DNA from: Dehalococcoidia bacterium | GTDB taxonomy: Bacteria; Chloroflexota; Dehalococcoidia; SM23-28-2; RBG-16-64-32 | DNA: 64,000 nt | NCBI GenBank assembly: GCA_963665775.2 | Contig: CAXXTF010000002.1 | Location: forward strand, 832,001 to 896,000 | Direction: 5' to 3' | Shown: positions 1 through 9,644 of the stretch, piece by piece | Layout of the letters: every line of letters starts with the position of its first letter | Position numbering within the stretch: the stretch's first letter is position 1 | The notes under the pieces: generated by a model | Told to the model about the DNA's origin: nothing | The model's database searches: none | Seen by the model: only the letters and a program-made list of their open reading frames with translations | Translations under genes and position numbers: made by a program

Positions 1-374
1 CCTGAACCTGATGCTCGGCGGGCGGCGATTCCCCTCCGCCGGATCGGCTACCTGGTAATATCCTACGACGCAACCCTAGCATTAGCGATTCACTGTCCGA
101 ACTCCTTAACCTGTTCGAGACTAGTCCTGATCCATCCTTAACCTCTGGCCCCAGTTTGCCTCATCAATCTCGCCGAAGTCTCGCCAAGCGAATACTCAGG
201 CCGCTGATCCGGCCCTGTGTGTACAGACGCATTCTTGGCACTCTCCGTAACACTAGACAAGATTGGCGGCGACCGAACCACACCCCTTCAACCGCCCAGA
301 GGTGCGAACGACCGCGGAGGTGAAGACCTGGCTCCGAAAGGGGCATCACCTGGTCCGGCAAGTGACCTGAGTGC

Positions 375-1262
375 TTACCTTCTTGCATCCCTCCGAACGA
401 ACGGCGGGCCGACCTCATCCGAGGTTAGCAAACCGTAGGAGCGCGGCTTCCTGTAGGCGTTCCCCCAGGACTCCCGCTCGCGATACGCCCGTATCCTGTC
501 CATATCGAACTCCGCTATGTAAACACCCTCGTCTTCTCCGGCCTCGATAATGCGCGTGTCCCTCGCCTTTCCATCTGGCTTCTCGAACGACACGGCATCG
601 AAGGCACAGGAGTGCCCGTTGTTCTTGGGGGCCGCGTAGTTGGACAGAGCGACGCCGATCATGTTCTCCCAGACACGCGCCCTGAACTGACCGATACGCC
701 CCTCCTCCAGATCGCACGCGTTCGGCGTCAAGATCAGCTCCGCCCCTTTGAGCATGAGGATTCGGGCGCTCTCCGGGAACTCGCGGTCGAAGCAGATCAT
801 TGCGCCAACCCTCACATCTCCCTTTGCCGTATCGAGATCGCATACGAAGAACTCCTCGCCAGGGGTACACGCGGCCTCCATCGAGAAGTCGCAGGTGTGC
901 ACCTTGGCGTAGGTCATCGCGATCTCTCCGTGCCGGTCGATGAGAGTTACGGAGTTCCTGGGAGCATCGTCCCAACGCTCCAGGTAAGTCAACGCTATCG
1001 CCATATCCAGCTCCCGAGCGAGCTCCTTGAAGTGGGTACCGAAGGTGTCATCCAGGCTGACCGCCTGCGCCTGCCACTCCTTTCGGCCGGCCTCATCCCG
1101 TGGACAGGGTACATAGCCTATATTCCACATCTCCGGGAACAGCGCCATGTCAGCTCCCAATGCGGCGGCGCGACGGCAGAAGACGTCTCCCTTGACTTGG
1201 TTGGCCTCCTGGTCGAGGCCACGGCCAGCCATCTGAAGTAAGGCTATTCGTACGACGCTCAT
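375..1262 (-). CDS. Carbon-nitrogen hydrolase (nitrilase superfamily)
   Basis: Catalytic triad contexts FPEMW (Glu), YAKVH (Lys), ICFDREFPE (Cys); GGAG RBS. Confidence 0.92.
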   Translation of the reverse strand: MSVVRIALLQMAGRGLDQEANQVKGDVFCRRAAALGADMALFPEMWNIGYVPCPRDEAGRKEWQAQAVSLDDTFGTHFKELARELDMAIALTYLERWDDAPRNSVTLIDRHGEIAMTYAKVHTCDFSMEAACTPGEEFFVCDLDTAKGDVRVGAMICFDREFPESARILMLKGAELILTPNACDLEEGRIGQFRARVWENMIGVALSNYAAPKNNGHSCAFDAVSFEKPDGKARDTRIIEAGEDEGVYIAEFDMDRIRAYRERESWGNAYRKPRSYGLLTSDEVGPPFVRRDARR

Positions 1263-1590
1263 ATGAGGCAGCTCCTACCGCTCAGATGCCCTATCGGCCA
1301 GTATAGCATCGGGGCCCCAAAGTGGGCTCCGCCCCCGACAGCCGATCGCCAGCATTTCAACCCAAGGCGCCTCATACTCCCAACGATCACTTACTGCCAT
1401 CACCACACACCTGGCCAGGAACACGCCTCCCCCTGACACCGCACCCGTTCAGTGTTGGCTACACCCCCTTCACCTCATCGTCCGGTATTGATCCCCATCC
1501 GCCTGCCGCTTATGATTACGGAAACATTAGTTCTCTCCATGCACCGGAAGCTGAATCCCTATCTCTGGAACCGACCGTAGGCGGCGACAA

Positions 1591-2664
1591 TTGGAGCCGA
1601 GCGTTGTTACGACTCTGAGCCCCTTGGGAGCGCTGGCCCGGACTTACCGCATCCGCGCGATCGACGACGCGCCCTACACCCCCCTGCCGCTTGCGGAGCA
1701 GACTATCGACGAGGACGAGGCCGCTCTCAAGATAAAGCTCCGCCAGCTCTCCTACGAGCTCCCGGCGGGCAAGTGGCAGCCCATCGTGTGTGAAGGCGAA
1801 CCCTCCTATCCACCACATCGCTTCATTGATGGGAGCGTCTTCTCCCGCACGATAGCCGTGCTCATCGTGGCGGGCCAGCGGCGCCCGGCGGTCCTGGCCT
1901 GTATCGGCGCCCTATCCCTCCAGCTTGAGGGCCGCCGGCTGGTGCGGTCGCCCGGCAGCCTCCGCATGGAAACCGTCCTCTGCCTCCTGAGTAACGGCAT
2001 GCCACGGGAGGACATGCAGACACTAAGCGAAGGCCTGGCGAAGCTCGGCGTTCGGCTCGTGGCCTCAGAGACGACGGACTTGACAGCGGACTTCGACGTG
2101 CTACGCAGGCGTTGCTGGGACCTCGCGAAGCAGCAGATGGAGGATGCTGAGCGCGCTGTCCTCCTCGACTCCCCTGAGTTGCCGGCCCTAGTGGACGGAC
2201 TCCTGGAGCGGAGGCTGGTCACCGTTGCCTCACAGGGGATGCCGGTCGTCGGCATGGTCAAGAGGCAGATGCGGCGGTACCTGCCGGAGTCGCACCTCAA
2301 TCTCCTGTACGACCTCCACCCCGGCCAGCGGACACCGGCCTTCCTGCTCGACACCGAGCACGCATCTATCGTGAGCTGGTACCTGCGCCTGTCGGCACCG
2401 GAATCACTGGCGCCCGGCTACGGCATCGTCCGCCTTACAGCGCCACAACAGTATCTTGAAGAGCGCTTCCCACATCCCGCAGAGCGTTGGGCAGAGATAT
2501 CCGCTGTCTCCGGTTGGCTGCGGAGCCTGCGCCACCGGGAGAGCAGCTACGAGCGCGCCGGTATCTCCATCGAACCCATCGTGCGCGTCGAGGACGAGTT
2601 GCATGCGCTCCTGCCCACAGTCGGACAGGAAGCCTCAAAACTGCATCGAGCCCTAGGTGTGTAG
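1591..2664 (+). CDS. nurA: NurA-like 5'-3' nuclease
   Basis: RNaseH-like acidic motifs FIDGS and LVDG, GMVK, C-terminal EPIVRVEDEL; directly upstream of herA; TTG start uncertain. Confidence 0.75.
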   Translation: MEPSVVTTLSPLGALARTYRIRAIDDAPYTPLPLAEQTIDEDEAALKIKLRQLSYELPAGKWQPIVCEGEPSYPPHRFIDGSVFSRTIAVLIVAGQRRPAVLACIGALSLQLEGRRLVRSPGSLRMETVLCLLSNGMPREDMQTLSEGLAKLGVRLVASETTDLTADFDVLRRRCWDLAKQQMEDAERAVLLDSPELPALVDGLLERRLVTVASQGMPVVGMVKRQMRRYLPESHLNLLYDLHPGQRTPAFLLDTEHASIVSWYLRLSAPESLAPGYGIVRLTAPQQYLEERFPHPAERWAEISAVSGWLRSLRHRESSYERAGISIEPIVRVEDELHALLPTVGQEASKLHRALGV

Positions 2665-2673
2665 GAGGACGCG

Positions 2674-4518
2674 ATGACCGGACCGACGGAAGGCCTAGAA
2701 CGACACGACGGTGCCTCGCCCAGCAGCCTCATCCCCATCGGCCGCGTCGGCGCTCCGCGGGGCGCTGAGGCGACGACGGAGCAGTTCTACTTCTGGGTAC
2801 CGGAGGACCGGCTGGTCGAAAAGACGCAACTCGTGTACGTGGAGAGCCCGGCCGGCCCGGCAACCGTGAAGTTCTACGGCCTGGTGACAGAGGTGTTCCG
2901 TCGCTCCCGCCGCTCCGACATGCTGGAGGAGGCAGACCGCTTCGACGGACGTGCCGAGGAGGAGCTGCCCATCGAGAGCCGGGGCGTGACCTACGCCCTG
3001 GTGCGAGTGCTGGCCGCCCAGCCCAACGTCCTCTCGCCGCCCAGAGAGGAGAGCATCGTCTACCCCGCTGACGAGGCGGAGGCCCGTATCGCCTACGGCG
3101 TGGAGGAGATGGGGAACCCCCTGGTCGTCGGCCTGGTGCGCAACGGCGGCGACGCCGTCGCCGGCCCCGCCTACATCGATCAGGACTACCTCCTGGGCGC
3201 GCTGGGCGCGCACATGAACGTCACCGGCATCGCCGGGGCGGGCACCAAGTCCAGCTTCCTGACGATCGTCCTCCAGCAAGTATTGCAGTCTTGCCGTCGC
3301 CACGCCGAGGAACACCCCGAGGACCCTGAGAAACCGCAGGTGCGACCGGTGATCCTCAATGTGAAGGGCTTCGACCTCTTCTGGCTGGACCGTTGGTCGA
3401 ACAGCTTCAGCGAGGAAGACCGCGAAACCTGGCGGCGGATGGGCTGGGAGCAGCCGGCCCCGTTCGATGTAAGCTTCTTCGCCCCCCAGCAACCCGGGAG
3501 CGATCATCTCGCGATGTCGGTCGGTCGTAGCGACGTCCAGCCCTACAGCTGGTCCCTGGAGGACATCGTCAGGGACAACCTCTTCACCTACCTGTTCAGC
3601 GACAGCGACCGGGAGGACGACAACTTCGCCCTGCTGGTGGCGGACGTCGAACGCATCCTGGTGCGGGAATGGCGGCACAACGACGGCACCCCTATGCGGG
3701 AACTGAAGAAGGATGCCCCAGCAACGACCTTTCAAGACCTGTTCGACTGGTTCGAGCGCGGCCTTGGCGACGAGCCGGAGGCAAGTTTCCTGAAGCTGCA
3801 ATCGGGCCAGCACCATCCCGGCACCCTGCGCCGCTTCTACCGCCGACTTCGTCGCATCGTATATGAGAGCGCCGGCATCTTCCGCCTGGGCGGCTTCGGC
3901 AACCACCCCCTGGACATCACCCAAATGGAGACCGGCAGGCCCATCGTCGTGGATATCGAGAGCCTCCCGGACCGCCACCTCCAGCGCTTCGTCGTGGCCG
4001 CGCTGCTCAAGCAGGCCGTCGACCAGCAGACCGGAACGAGCATGCTCCCGGGCATGCACTACATCTTCCTGCTGGACGAGCTAAACCGTTTTGCGCCGCG
4101 CGGCCACAGCGATCCCATCACCCAGCTCATCGAAACCGTCGCCTCGGAGCTCCGGTCCCGCGGCGTGATCCTCCTCGGCGCTCAGCAGCAAGCGTCCCTC
4201 GTGTCGCACCGGGTAGTGGAGAACGCCGCTATCCGGGTCCTCGGTCGCACCGGCGGCCACGAGCTGCGACAGGACGTATTCAGCTTCCTACCAGAGAGCC
4301 TGCGCAACTACGTTGAGCAGCTCGGCAGTGCCGACAAGATCGTCCATCAGCCCAGCTTCCGACAGCCCATGCAGGTGCGCGTGCCGCGGCCGCCCTGGGC
4401 CATGCGCAAGCAGGAAGCGACCACGGAGCCGCCGGCGTTCCTGGCCGCGGAAGGGGCCCAGCCCGCGGCCGCGGGCCCCCGCCGCTTGCCGCCCAGGGCC
4501 TACGACGAGCTGCCCTGA
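2674..4518 (+). CDS. herA: HerA-family ATPase/helicase (HAS barrel plus FtsK-HerA ATPase)
   Basis: N-terminal HAS-barrel-like region, Walker A variant GIAGAGTKSS, Walker B LLDELNRFAP, RSRGVILLGAQQ motif; AGGAGG RBS. Confidence 0.88.
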   Translation: MTGPTEGLERHDGASPSSLIPIGRVGAPRGAEATTEQFYFWVPEDRLVEKTQLVYVESPAGPATVKFYGLVTEVFRRSRRSDMLEEADRFDGRAEEELPIESRGVTYALVRVLAAQPNVLSPPREESIVYPADEAEARIAYGVEEMGNPLVVGLVRNGGDAVAGPAYIDQDYLLGALGAHMNVTGIAGAGTKSSFLTIVLQQVLQSCRRHAEEHPEDPEKPQVRPVILNVKGFDLFWLDRWSNSFSEEDRETWRRMGWEQPAPFDVSFFAPQQPGSDHLAMSVGRSDVQPYSWSLEDIVRDNLFTYLFSDSDREDDNFALLVADVERILVREWRHNDGTPMRELKKDAPATTFQDLFDWFERGLGDEPEASFLKLQSGQHHPGTLRRFYRRLRRIVYESAGIFRLGGFGNHPLDITQMETGRPIVVDIESLPDRHLQRFVVAALLKQAVDQQTGTSMLPGMHYIFLLDELNRFAPRGHSDPITQLIETVASELRSRGVILLGAQQQASLVSHRVVENAAIRVLGRTGGHELRQDVFSFLPESLRNYVEQLGSADKIVHQPSFRQPMQVRVPRPPWAMRKQEATTEPPAFLAAEGAQPAAAGPRRLPPRAYDELP

Positions 4519-5702
4519 TGCGCATCATCCACACGAGCGACTGGCATCTCGGGGCCCGTCTGGGCAGCCAGAACCGGCTGGACGACCAGTTCGCCCGCCT
4601 CCGAGAGCTGTGCGACTACATCGACCGGGAGGAGGCTGACCTCCTCCTGGTCGCCGGCGACGTCTTCGACGAGCACCGGGCGGACGCCCTCGCTCGCATT
4701 ATCGGTCGCCTGGCGCGCCTTCTCACGCCCCGCATCGAGGCGGGCCTCTCCTGCGTGTTCATCGCCGGCAACCACGATCGGGAGCACGTGTTTCCCCTGC
4801 TGCGGGGGCTACAGGAGCTAGTCGCCGCGGAGGACCGGTCGCGCGTGATCTTCGCCGAAAGGCCGTCTCTCGTGCCGATAGTGAGCCGCAGCGGCGAAGC
4901 CGTCCAACTGGTGCTGGTACCCTACCCCACGGCCGTCCGCTACAACCTGACAGACCAGCGTTGGCCCAGCCCGGATACCAAGCGATTCGCCCTGGCCGAC
5001 GCCGTGCGCACATCTATCCAGGAGTTGGGGAGGGAGGCTCGCAGCGCCGGGCGCGGCCTGCCCACGGTGTTGTGCGGCCACTTCCTGGTGCGCGGCGTCA
5101 AGGAGGGCTTTTACCACCTCACGGAGCAAGCGGACATCCCGTTAGAGCCCGGGGACCTTCCCGCCTACGCCTATATAGCCCTGGGACACATCCACAAGCC
5201 CCAACAGGTAGGCGCACCCTACATTCGCTATTGCGGCAGCCTGGAGCGGATGGATCGGGGCGAGGCCCAGGATCGGAAGCAGGCCTTGCTCGTCGAGCTA
5301 GGTCGCGACGGTCTCCGCGACGTGCGCGAGCTCCCCCTCAACGCCACCCCCTTCGCCCAGGTGGAAGCGTCCACAGAGGCCGACCTGGAGGCCGCCGCCG
5401 CCAACCTCAGGGAGCCGGAGCGCACCCTGGTATCCCTCACCGTCACCCTGCAACAGGACCAGAGCCTTGGCGCCCTGCAAGCCCGCGCCCGCCACCTATT
5501 CCCTCGCCTGTACGGGGCGCCGGAGGTACGCCGGGCGGACGCACCGAAAGCCGCCCACCCTGCCGTAGACGTGGACCGCAGCGACGTGCCAGGCACCGTA
5601 GACGCCTATCTGCGAGAGGCGCTCCGGGACGACCCTGACGCCGAAGCCCTGATTGCCCTCGCCACCCAGCTCCTGACGGAGGTGACCGGACCCCAACCAT
5701 GA
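4518..5702 (+). CDS. sbcD: SbcD/Mre11 metallophosphoesterase nuclease
   Basis: Motifs SDWH, AGDVFD, GNHD, LGHIH, YCGS; TGATG overlap with herA. Confidence 0.93.
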   Translation: MRIIHTSDWHLGARLGSQNRLDDQFARLRELCDYIDREEADLLLVAGDVFDEHRADALARIIGRLARLLTPRIEAGLSCVFIAGNHDREHVFPLLRGLQELVAAEDRSRVIFAERPSLVPIVSRSGEAVQLVLVPYPTAVRYNLTDQRWPSPDTKRFALADAVRTSIQELGREARSAGRGLPTVLCGHFLVRGVKEGFYHLTEQADIPLEPGDLPAYAYIALGHIHKPQQVGAPYIRYCGSLERMDRGEAQDRKQALLVELGRDGLRDVRELPLNATPFAQVEASTEADLEAAAANLREPERTLVSLTVTLQQDQSLGALQARARHLFPRLYGAPEVRRADAPKAAHPAVDVDRSDVPGTVDAYLREALRDDPDAEALIALATQLLTEVTGPQP

Positions 5703-8470
5703 TCCCAGTCCGCGTCCTGGTACGAAACTTCCTCTGTTACAGCGAGATGGAAGACGGCACCCCTATCGAATTCGACTTCGAGGGGTCGCGGTTGTGGAGC
5801 ATCACCGGCGACAACGGTGCCGGCAAAAGCGCCATCTTCGATGCCATCACCTACGCCCTGTTCGGACAGCACCGGGGCGGGGCGCAGGATGACGCCCGGC
5901 TCATCCACAAGGGCGCTCTCGAGTGCGAAGCCACCTTCGAGTTCCGCCTCGACGAGCGCCTCTACCGCGTGCGCCGGACGGTAAGTCGGCGCCGAGGAAA
6001 GGCAGCCCAGGACCCGAAAACGTGGCAGGCTGCCTGGTTCGACCCAGACGCCGGAGACTGGAGGCCCATCCAGGAAACGGAGCGAGAGCGCGGCCTCCAG
6101 CGGTGGGTGCAGAACCAACTGGGCTTCGGCTATGAAACGTTCGTGGCGTCCATACTGCTTCTCCAGGGACAGAGCGATCAGCTTATCACCGCCCGGCCCA
6201 AGGCACGGTTCGAGATTCTGAGCGGGCTGCTGGACTTGCAGCCCTACGAGCGGCTGGAAACGGCAGCTCTTGCGCATATGAGATCGGCCCGGACCCAGGT
6301 TCAGAACCTCGATGCCCAACTGGCCGGCCTCCCAGCAGCCGTGGCAGAAGAGATGGAGGAGGCGCGCTCAGCCCTGCGGGCAGGGGAGGAAGCCCTTCAG
6401 AAAGCTCAGGCGAGTATGGCCCAGGCGGAGGTGCTGGTCAACGAGGCCACACGCTACGCTCAGTTGCAAACGGACTTGGCCGAGGCAAGCGACGCCCTGG
6501 CACAGACAGAGGCGCTGCTCCAGGACGCCGACCGCATCCGCCAGGAGTATCAGGAATGGCATCGGCTTTCAGAGGCGCTGCCGAAGCTAGGCGCTGCCCT
6601 GACGGATCTCCAGGAGAAGGATATCCAAGCGGCCCAAGCAGAGGAAGCAGGCGCCGCAGCCGCTGCCATCGATATGGAAGCGCTGGAACGCGCAAAGGCG
6701 GCGGCGGAGAAAGAGGAGCATCAGACGGAGCAGCGAGCCAGCGACCTACGCGTACAACACGACGAGCTGGCCCTGGCCCTGCCGCCGTTGCGCGAGATCC
6801 TTCAGCAGCGCAGTGAGCTCTCGGAGCGCGCGCAAGCCGCAGCCGAGGTAGGCGCAGCACACGAATGGGAGGCTCGCATCGCCCAGTTGGAGGACGATCT
6901 CCGAGGGCGGCAAGAAGAGCAGCGAAAGGCCGACGAGGAGCTGCGACAGGCGCTGGAGGCTGTAGCTCAAGCCGAGGCTGCCGTTGGGCAAGCGGAGCAG
7001 CAGCTGGTTGCCCGGCGAGAGGCGCAGGACGAGGCAGTCTGCTCGCGCTGCGGCCAACCGGTTGACCCTGAGCACATCCGGCGCGAGCTAGAGGACGCGG
7101 AACGGACCGTCGCTTTGGCCCAGGCACCGATGGAGGGCGCCAAACAGGACCGGCTCATAGCTGGCAGCGATGTGACGGCCGCGGCCGAGCGCGTGGAAAC
7201 GACGAGTCGGGAGATAGAGACTGCCCGTCACGGACTCGCCGCGTCTCGCCGGGCGGACGAAGAGCGGCAGCGGGCGCAGGCAAGACTGGACGCCGTCATC
7301 GGCGCCGCAGCGCAGGCACCGGCGGACCGGCGCGCCGCTGTTGCGGAGCGCCCGCTGGCTGGGGCCACCGCAGCTGTCGACGAACTTGATGAGCGAACCA
7401 GCGTACTGCGGGCCCGAATCCAGACGGCAGGCGAAATGGAGAGGAAGGCTCGCAAGGGTTATCGCGACGCCCAGCAGGCCTATCAGGATGCGCTTCGCAA
7501 CCGAGAACAGCTACAAGCCGATGCTCAGCGTCTGGAGGAGAAAGCCCAGGGATTTAGCAGACAGGCGGTGGTCCGGCTTAGCGGCCTGAATCCTGAGTGG
7601 TGCCGACGGGCTCTCGCACAAGACGAGCCGTTTGTTCGAGAACTCTCCACCCGGCGTTCTGCCCTGGAAGGCGTCGACAAACAGCATCGAGCCCTGGAAG
7701 GCGCCCTCGCCGAGCGGGGCCAGTTGGAGCCTCGTGTCCAGGAACTCCATCGCAGCGTCGAGGCGGTGAGACCGGGGCACCGCCTGCCATTAGGAGAGGC
7801 GGACAGCCGGCAAAGGGAGGCCCAGAGCCATCTGAGTGTCAGCCAGAGCCGTCGTGACGAGGCCAGGGAGACCTTTCGCCGCCTGGAAGAGACTCTCGAG
7901 CGCCGGCAGCAGATCGAGACCGAACAAACCGCTGCCAATCGCCGGCGCGCCCTTAACGCTCGCCTGGCCGACCTGTTTGGACGAAGGGGGCTTCAGGGCT
8001 ACCTGATGAACGCAGCGATCCAGGGAATCTCAGACCTGGCCAACGAAACCCTTGCCCGCATCTCCGCCGGTCAGCTCCAGCTCCAGATCGTACGACAGGC
8101 ATCGGCCGGCGGTGAGGAAGAGATCGTCATCCAGACCACGGACCTCGCTTCTAGCGACGACCCGCTCGACGTGCAGTTTATCTCAGGGAGCCAGAAGTTC
8201 CGCACCTCGGTGGCGCTGGCAGCGGGTATCGGCCAGTACGCTGGTCGAGGCGTAGGCAGCGTGCGTTCCCTCATCATCGATGAAGGATTCGGCAGCCTGG
8301 ACACTCAGGGCCGCCAGGAGATGATCGACGAGCTACGCAACCTGTCTGATCTCATGGACCGCGTCATTGTCGTCAGCCACCAGGAGGACTTCCAGGATCG
8401 CACGCTGTTCCCAACAGGGTACGTCCTGCGCAAGATCGGGCAGCGGACAGAGGTAGAGCGCTTTGTGTGA
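5699..8470 (+). CDS. sbcC: SbcC/Rad50 SMC-like ATPase
   Basis: Walker A GDNGAGKS, Q-loop LQGQ, long coiled coil with central CSRC zinc hook, signature ISGSQ, Walker B/D-loop IIDEGFGSLD, H-loop VSHQ; ATGA overlap. Confidence 0.93.
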   Translation: MIPVRVLVRNFLCYSEMEDGTPIEFDFEGSRLWSITGDNGAGKSAIFDAITYALFGQHRGGAQDDARLIHKGALECEATFEFRLDERLYRVRRTVSRRRGKAAQDPKTWQAAWFDPDAGDWRPIQETERERGLQRWVQNQLGFGYETFVASILLLQGQSDQLITARPKARFEILSGLLDLQPYERLETAALAHMRSARTQVQNLDAQLAGLPAAVAEEMEEARSALRAGEEALQKAQASMAQAEVLVNEATRYAQLQTDLAEASDALAQTEALLQDADRIRQEYQEWHRLSEALPKLGAALTDLQEKDIQAAQAEEAGAAAAAIDMEALERAKAAAEKEEHQTEQRASDLRVQHDELALALPPLREILQQRSELSERAQAAAEVGAAHEWEARIAQLEDDLRGRQEEQRKADEELRQALEAVAQAEAAVGQAEQQLVARREAQDEAVCSRCGQPVDPEHIRRELEDAERTVALAQAPMEGAKQDRLIAGSDVTAAAERVETTSREIETARHGLAASRRADEERQRAQARLDAVIGAAAQAPADRRAAVAERPLAGATAAVDELDERTSVLRARIQTAGEMERKARKGYRDAQQAYQDALRNREQLQADAQRLEEKAQGFSRQAVVRLSGLNPEWCRRALAQDEPFVRELSTRRSALEGVDKQHRALEGALAERGQLEPRVQELHRSVEAVRPGHRLPLGEADSRQREAQSHLSVSQSRRDEARETFRRLEETLERRQQIETEQTAANRRRALNARLADLFGRRGLQGYLMNAAIQGISDLANETLARISAGQLQLQIVRQASAGGEEEIVIQTTDLASSDDPLDVQFISGSQKFRTSVALAAGIGQYAGRGVGSVRSLIIDEGFGSLDTQGRQEMIDELRNLSDLMDRVIVVSHQEDFQDRTLFPTGYVLRKIGQRTEVERFV

Positions 8471-8589
8471 GATGAATGTAATGGCCAGGGCTTGACGATC
8501 TTCCGAGAGGAGTTTGTGAGAGTAGAATCGGCTTCTTTATCCATCGCAAGCTCGGAGCGGCCTAGAGCAGGGACCTCCGCCTAGGATGC

Positions 8590-9246
8590 TCAGTCTGTAG
8601 CATACTTAGAGGCCCACACCGCGAACATCGGATCGCCACCGAAAACTGCGGGCCGCGGAGAGCAGTTGGCAGCCGTGATATCTATCCAGCCGCCCGCCTC
8701 CTCAAAGTACCCGCGGACAATCTCGATATGCTGACCATCGTTGGCGGCCCGCCATAAGGCCACCGCCTTCTCGGGAAAACAGCGATTCGAGAACGTCAAC
8801 ACGAATACCCCTTCGGGCCGCAATACTCGATTGACCTCGCGAAAGGTGCGCACCGGGTGGACCATATACTGCACCGAGACTGCGCACATGACGCAATCGA
8901 AATCGTTGTCCGAGAAAGGAAGGCTCTCGTCACGGTTCAGGTCGTGCACCACATGCTCATCTAGTTGCGGGTTATCTTCCATCTCCTCAGCGTTCAGGCC
9001 CAGCCCTATAACCCGATCGGGGCGCAAAACCGCTGGCAGATGACTTCGCCAACTACTCATCAGATCCAACAACCGTCCACCCGCCGGAAGAACCCTCTCA
9101 TACAACCGGCCGATAGCGGCAATCGCCTCGTCGTCCACATGCACCAGCTTACGGGGGAAGGCATAAAACTCGCCGTCGACCGCTTCGTCGATCCGAGCGA
9201 AATAGTGTGGAGGAAAAGGATCGTCAGTCAGAGACTCTACATCCAC
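8590..9246 (-). CDS. Class I SAM-dependent methyltransferase
   Basis: LDLMSSWRSHLP, GLGLNAEEM, VSVQY, LRPEG, FSNRCFP motifs; start taken at GTG 9246 (ORF open to 9333). Confidence 0.85.
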   Translation of the reverse strand: MDVESLTDDPFPPHYFARIDEAVDGEFYAFPRKLVHVDDEAIAAIGRLYERVLPAGGRLLDLMSSWRSHLPAVLRPDRVIGLGLNAEEMEDNPQLDEHVVHDLNRDESLPFSDNDFDCVMCAVSVQYMVHPVRTFREVNRVLRPEGVFVLTFSNRCFPEKAVALWRAANDGQHIEIVRGYFEEAGGWIDITAANCSPRPAVFGGDPMFAVWASKYATD

Positions 9247-9348
9247 CTTCCTCCGGCCAGCCCCTTGCGAACAGAGACGAACCAGATTAAGGAAGAGCGT
9301 TACCGCCGCCCGGCGGCAAGCAGGCGTTAACAAGCGAGTTGCAGATAC

Positions 9349-9606
9349 TCAGTAGCTCTCCTGACCCTGCTCCAACGCGGCCTGAATCACCCTCACCAGC
9401 TGTCGCGCCGATTCGGGAGTGAGCTCGACCGCCGTCCTTGCGCCGGGGCCCTGAGCCTCGTTCAAAAAGTCGATGTTCAGAGCATGTTCCAGCGGCAGAT
9501 GGAACGGGTGATCGTACGACACAGCTACATGGGACAGCGTAAACCAGCCGTCCGGCCCCTTACCACTTCCGGATATCTCCGCCTTCTCGACGATCATAGT
9601 ACACAT
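9349..9606 (-). CDS. Small conserved protein, DUF6295-like
   Basis: MCTMI..GSGKG..GWF..YDHPFH..EHALNIDF pattern recalled as DUF6295; AGGAG RBS. Confidence 0.7.
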   Translation of the reverse strand: MCTMIVEKAEISGSGKGPDGWFTLSHVAVSYDHPFHLPLEHALNIDFLNEAQGPGARTAVELTPESARQLVRVIQAALEQGQESY

Positions 9607-9644
9607 CTCGTATCTCCTGTCTGTCTAAGCGAGGGAGCCAGACG

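Noticed and set aside
1-58. CCTGAACCTGAT resembling the TPP riboswitch core
   Set aside because: The downstream GxTAAT..CGxAGG elements are missing; it reads more simply as the end of an upstream CDS (LNLMLGGRRFPSAGSATW-stop), too short to call
103-144. Direct repeat TCCTTAACCT x2, 32 bp apart
   Set aside because: Only two short copies; not CRISPR, and no adjacent gene start to tie it to
9247-9351. DUF6295 TGA is in frame with the downstream methyltransferase (possible Sec read-through)
   Set aside because: No Cys-like context or SECIS-like hairpin; both proteins look complete, and in-frame chance is high
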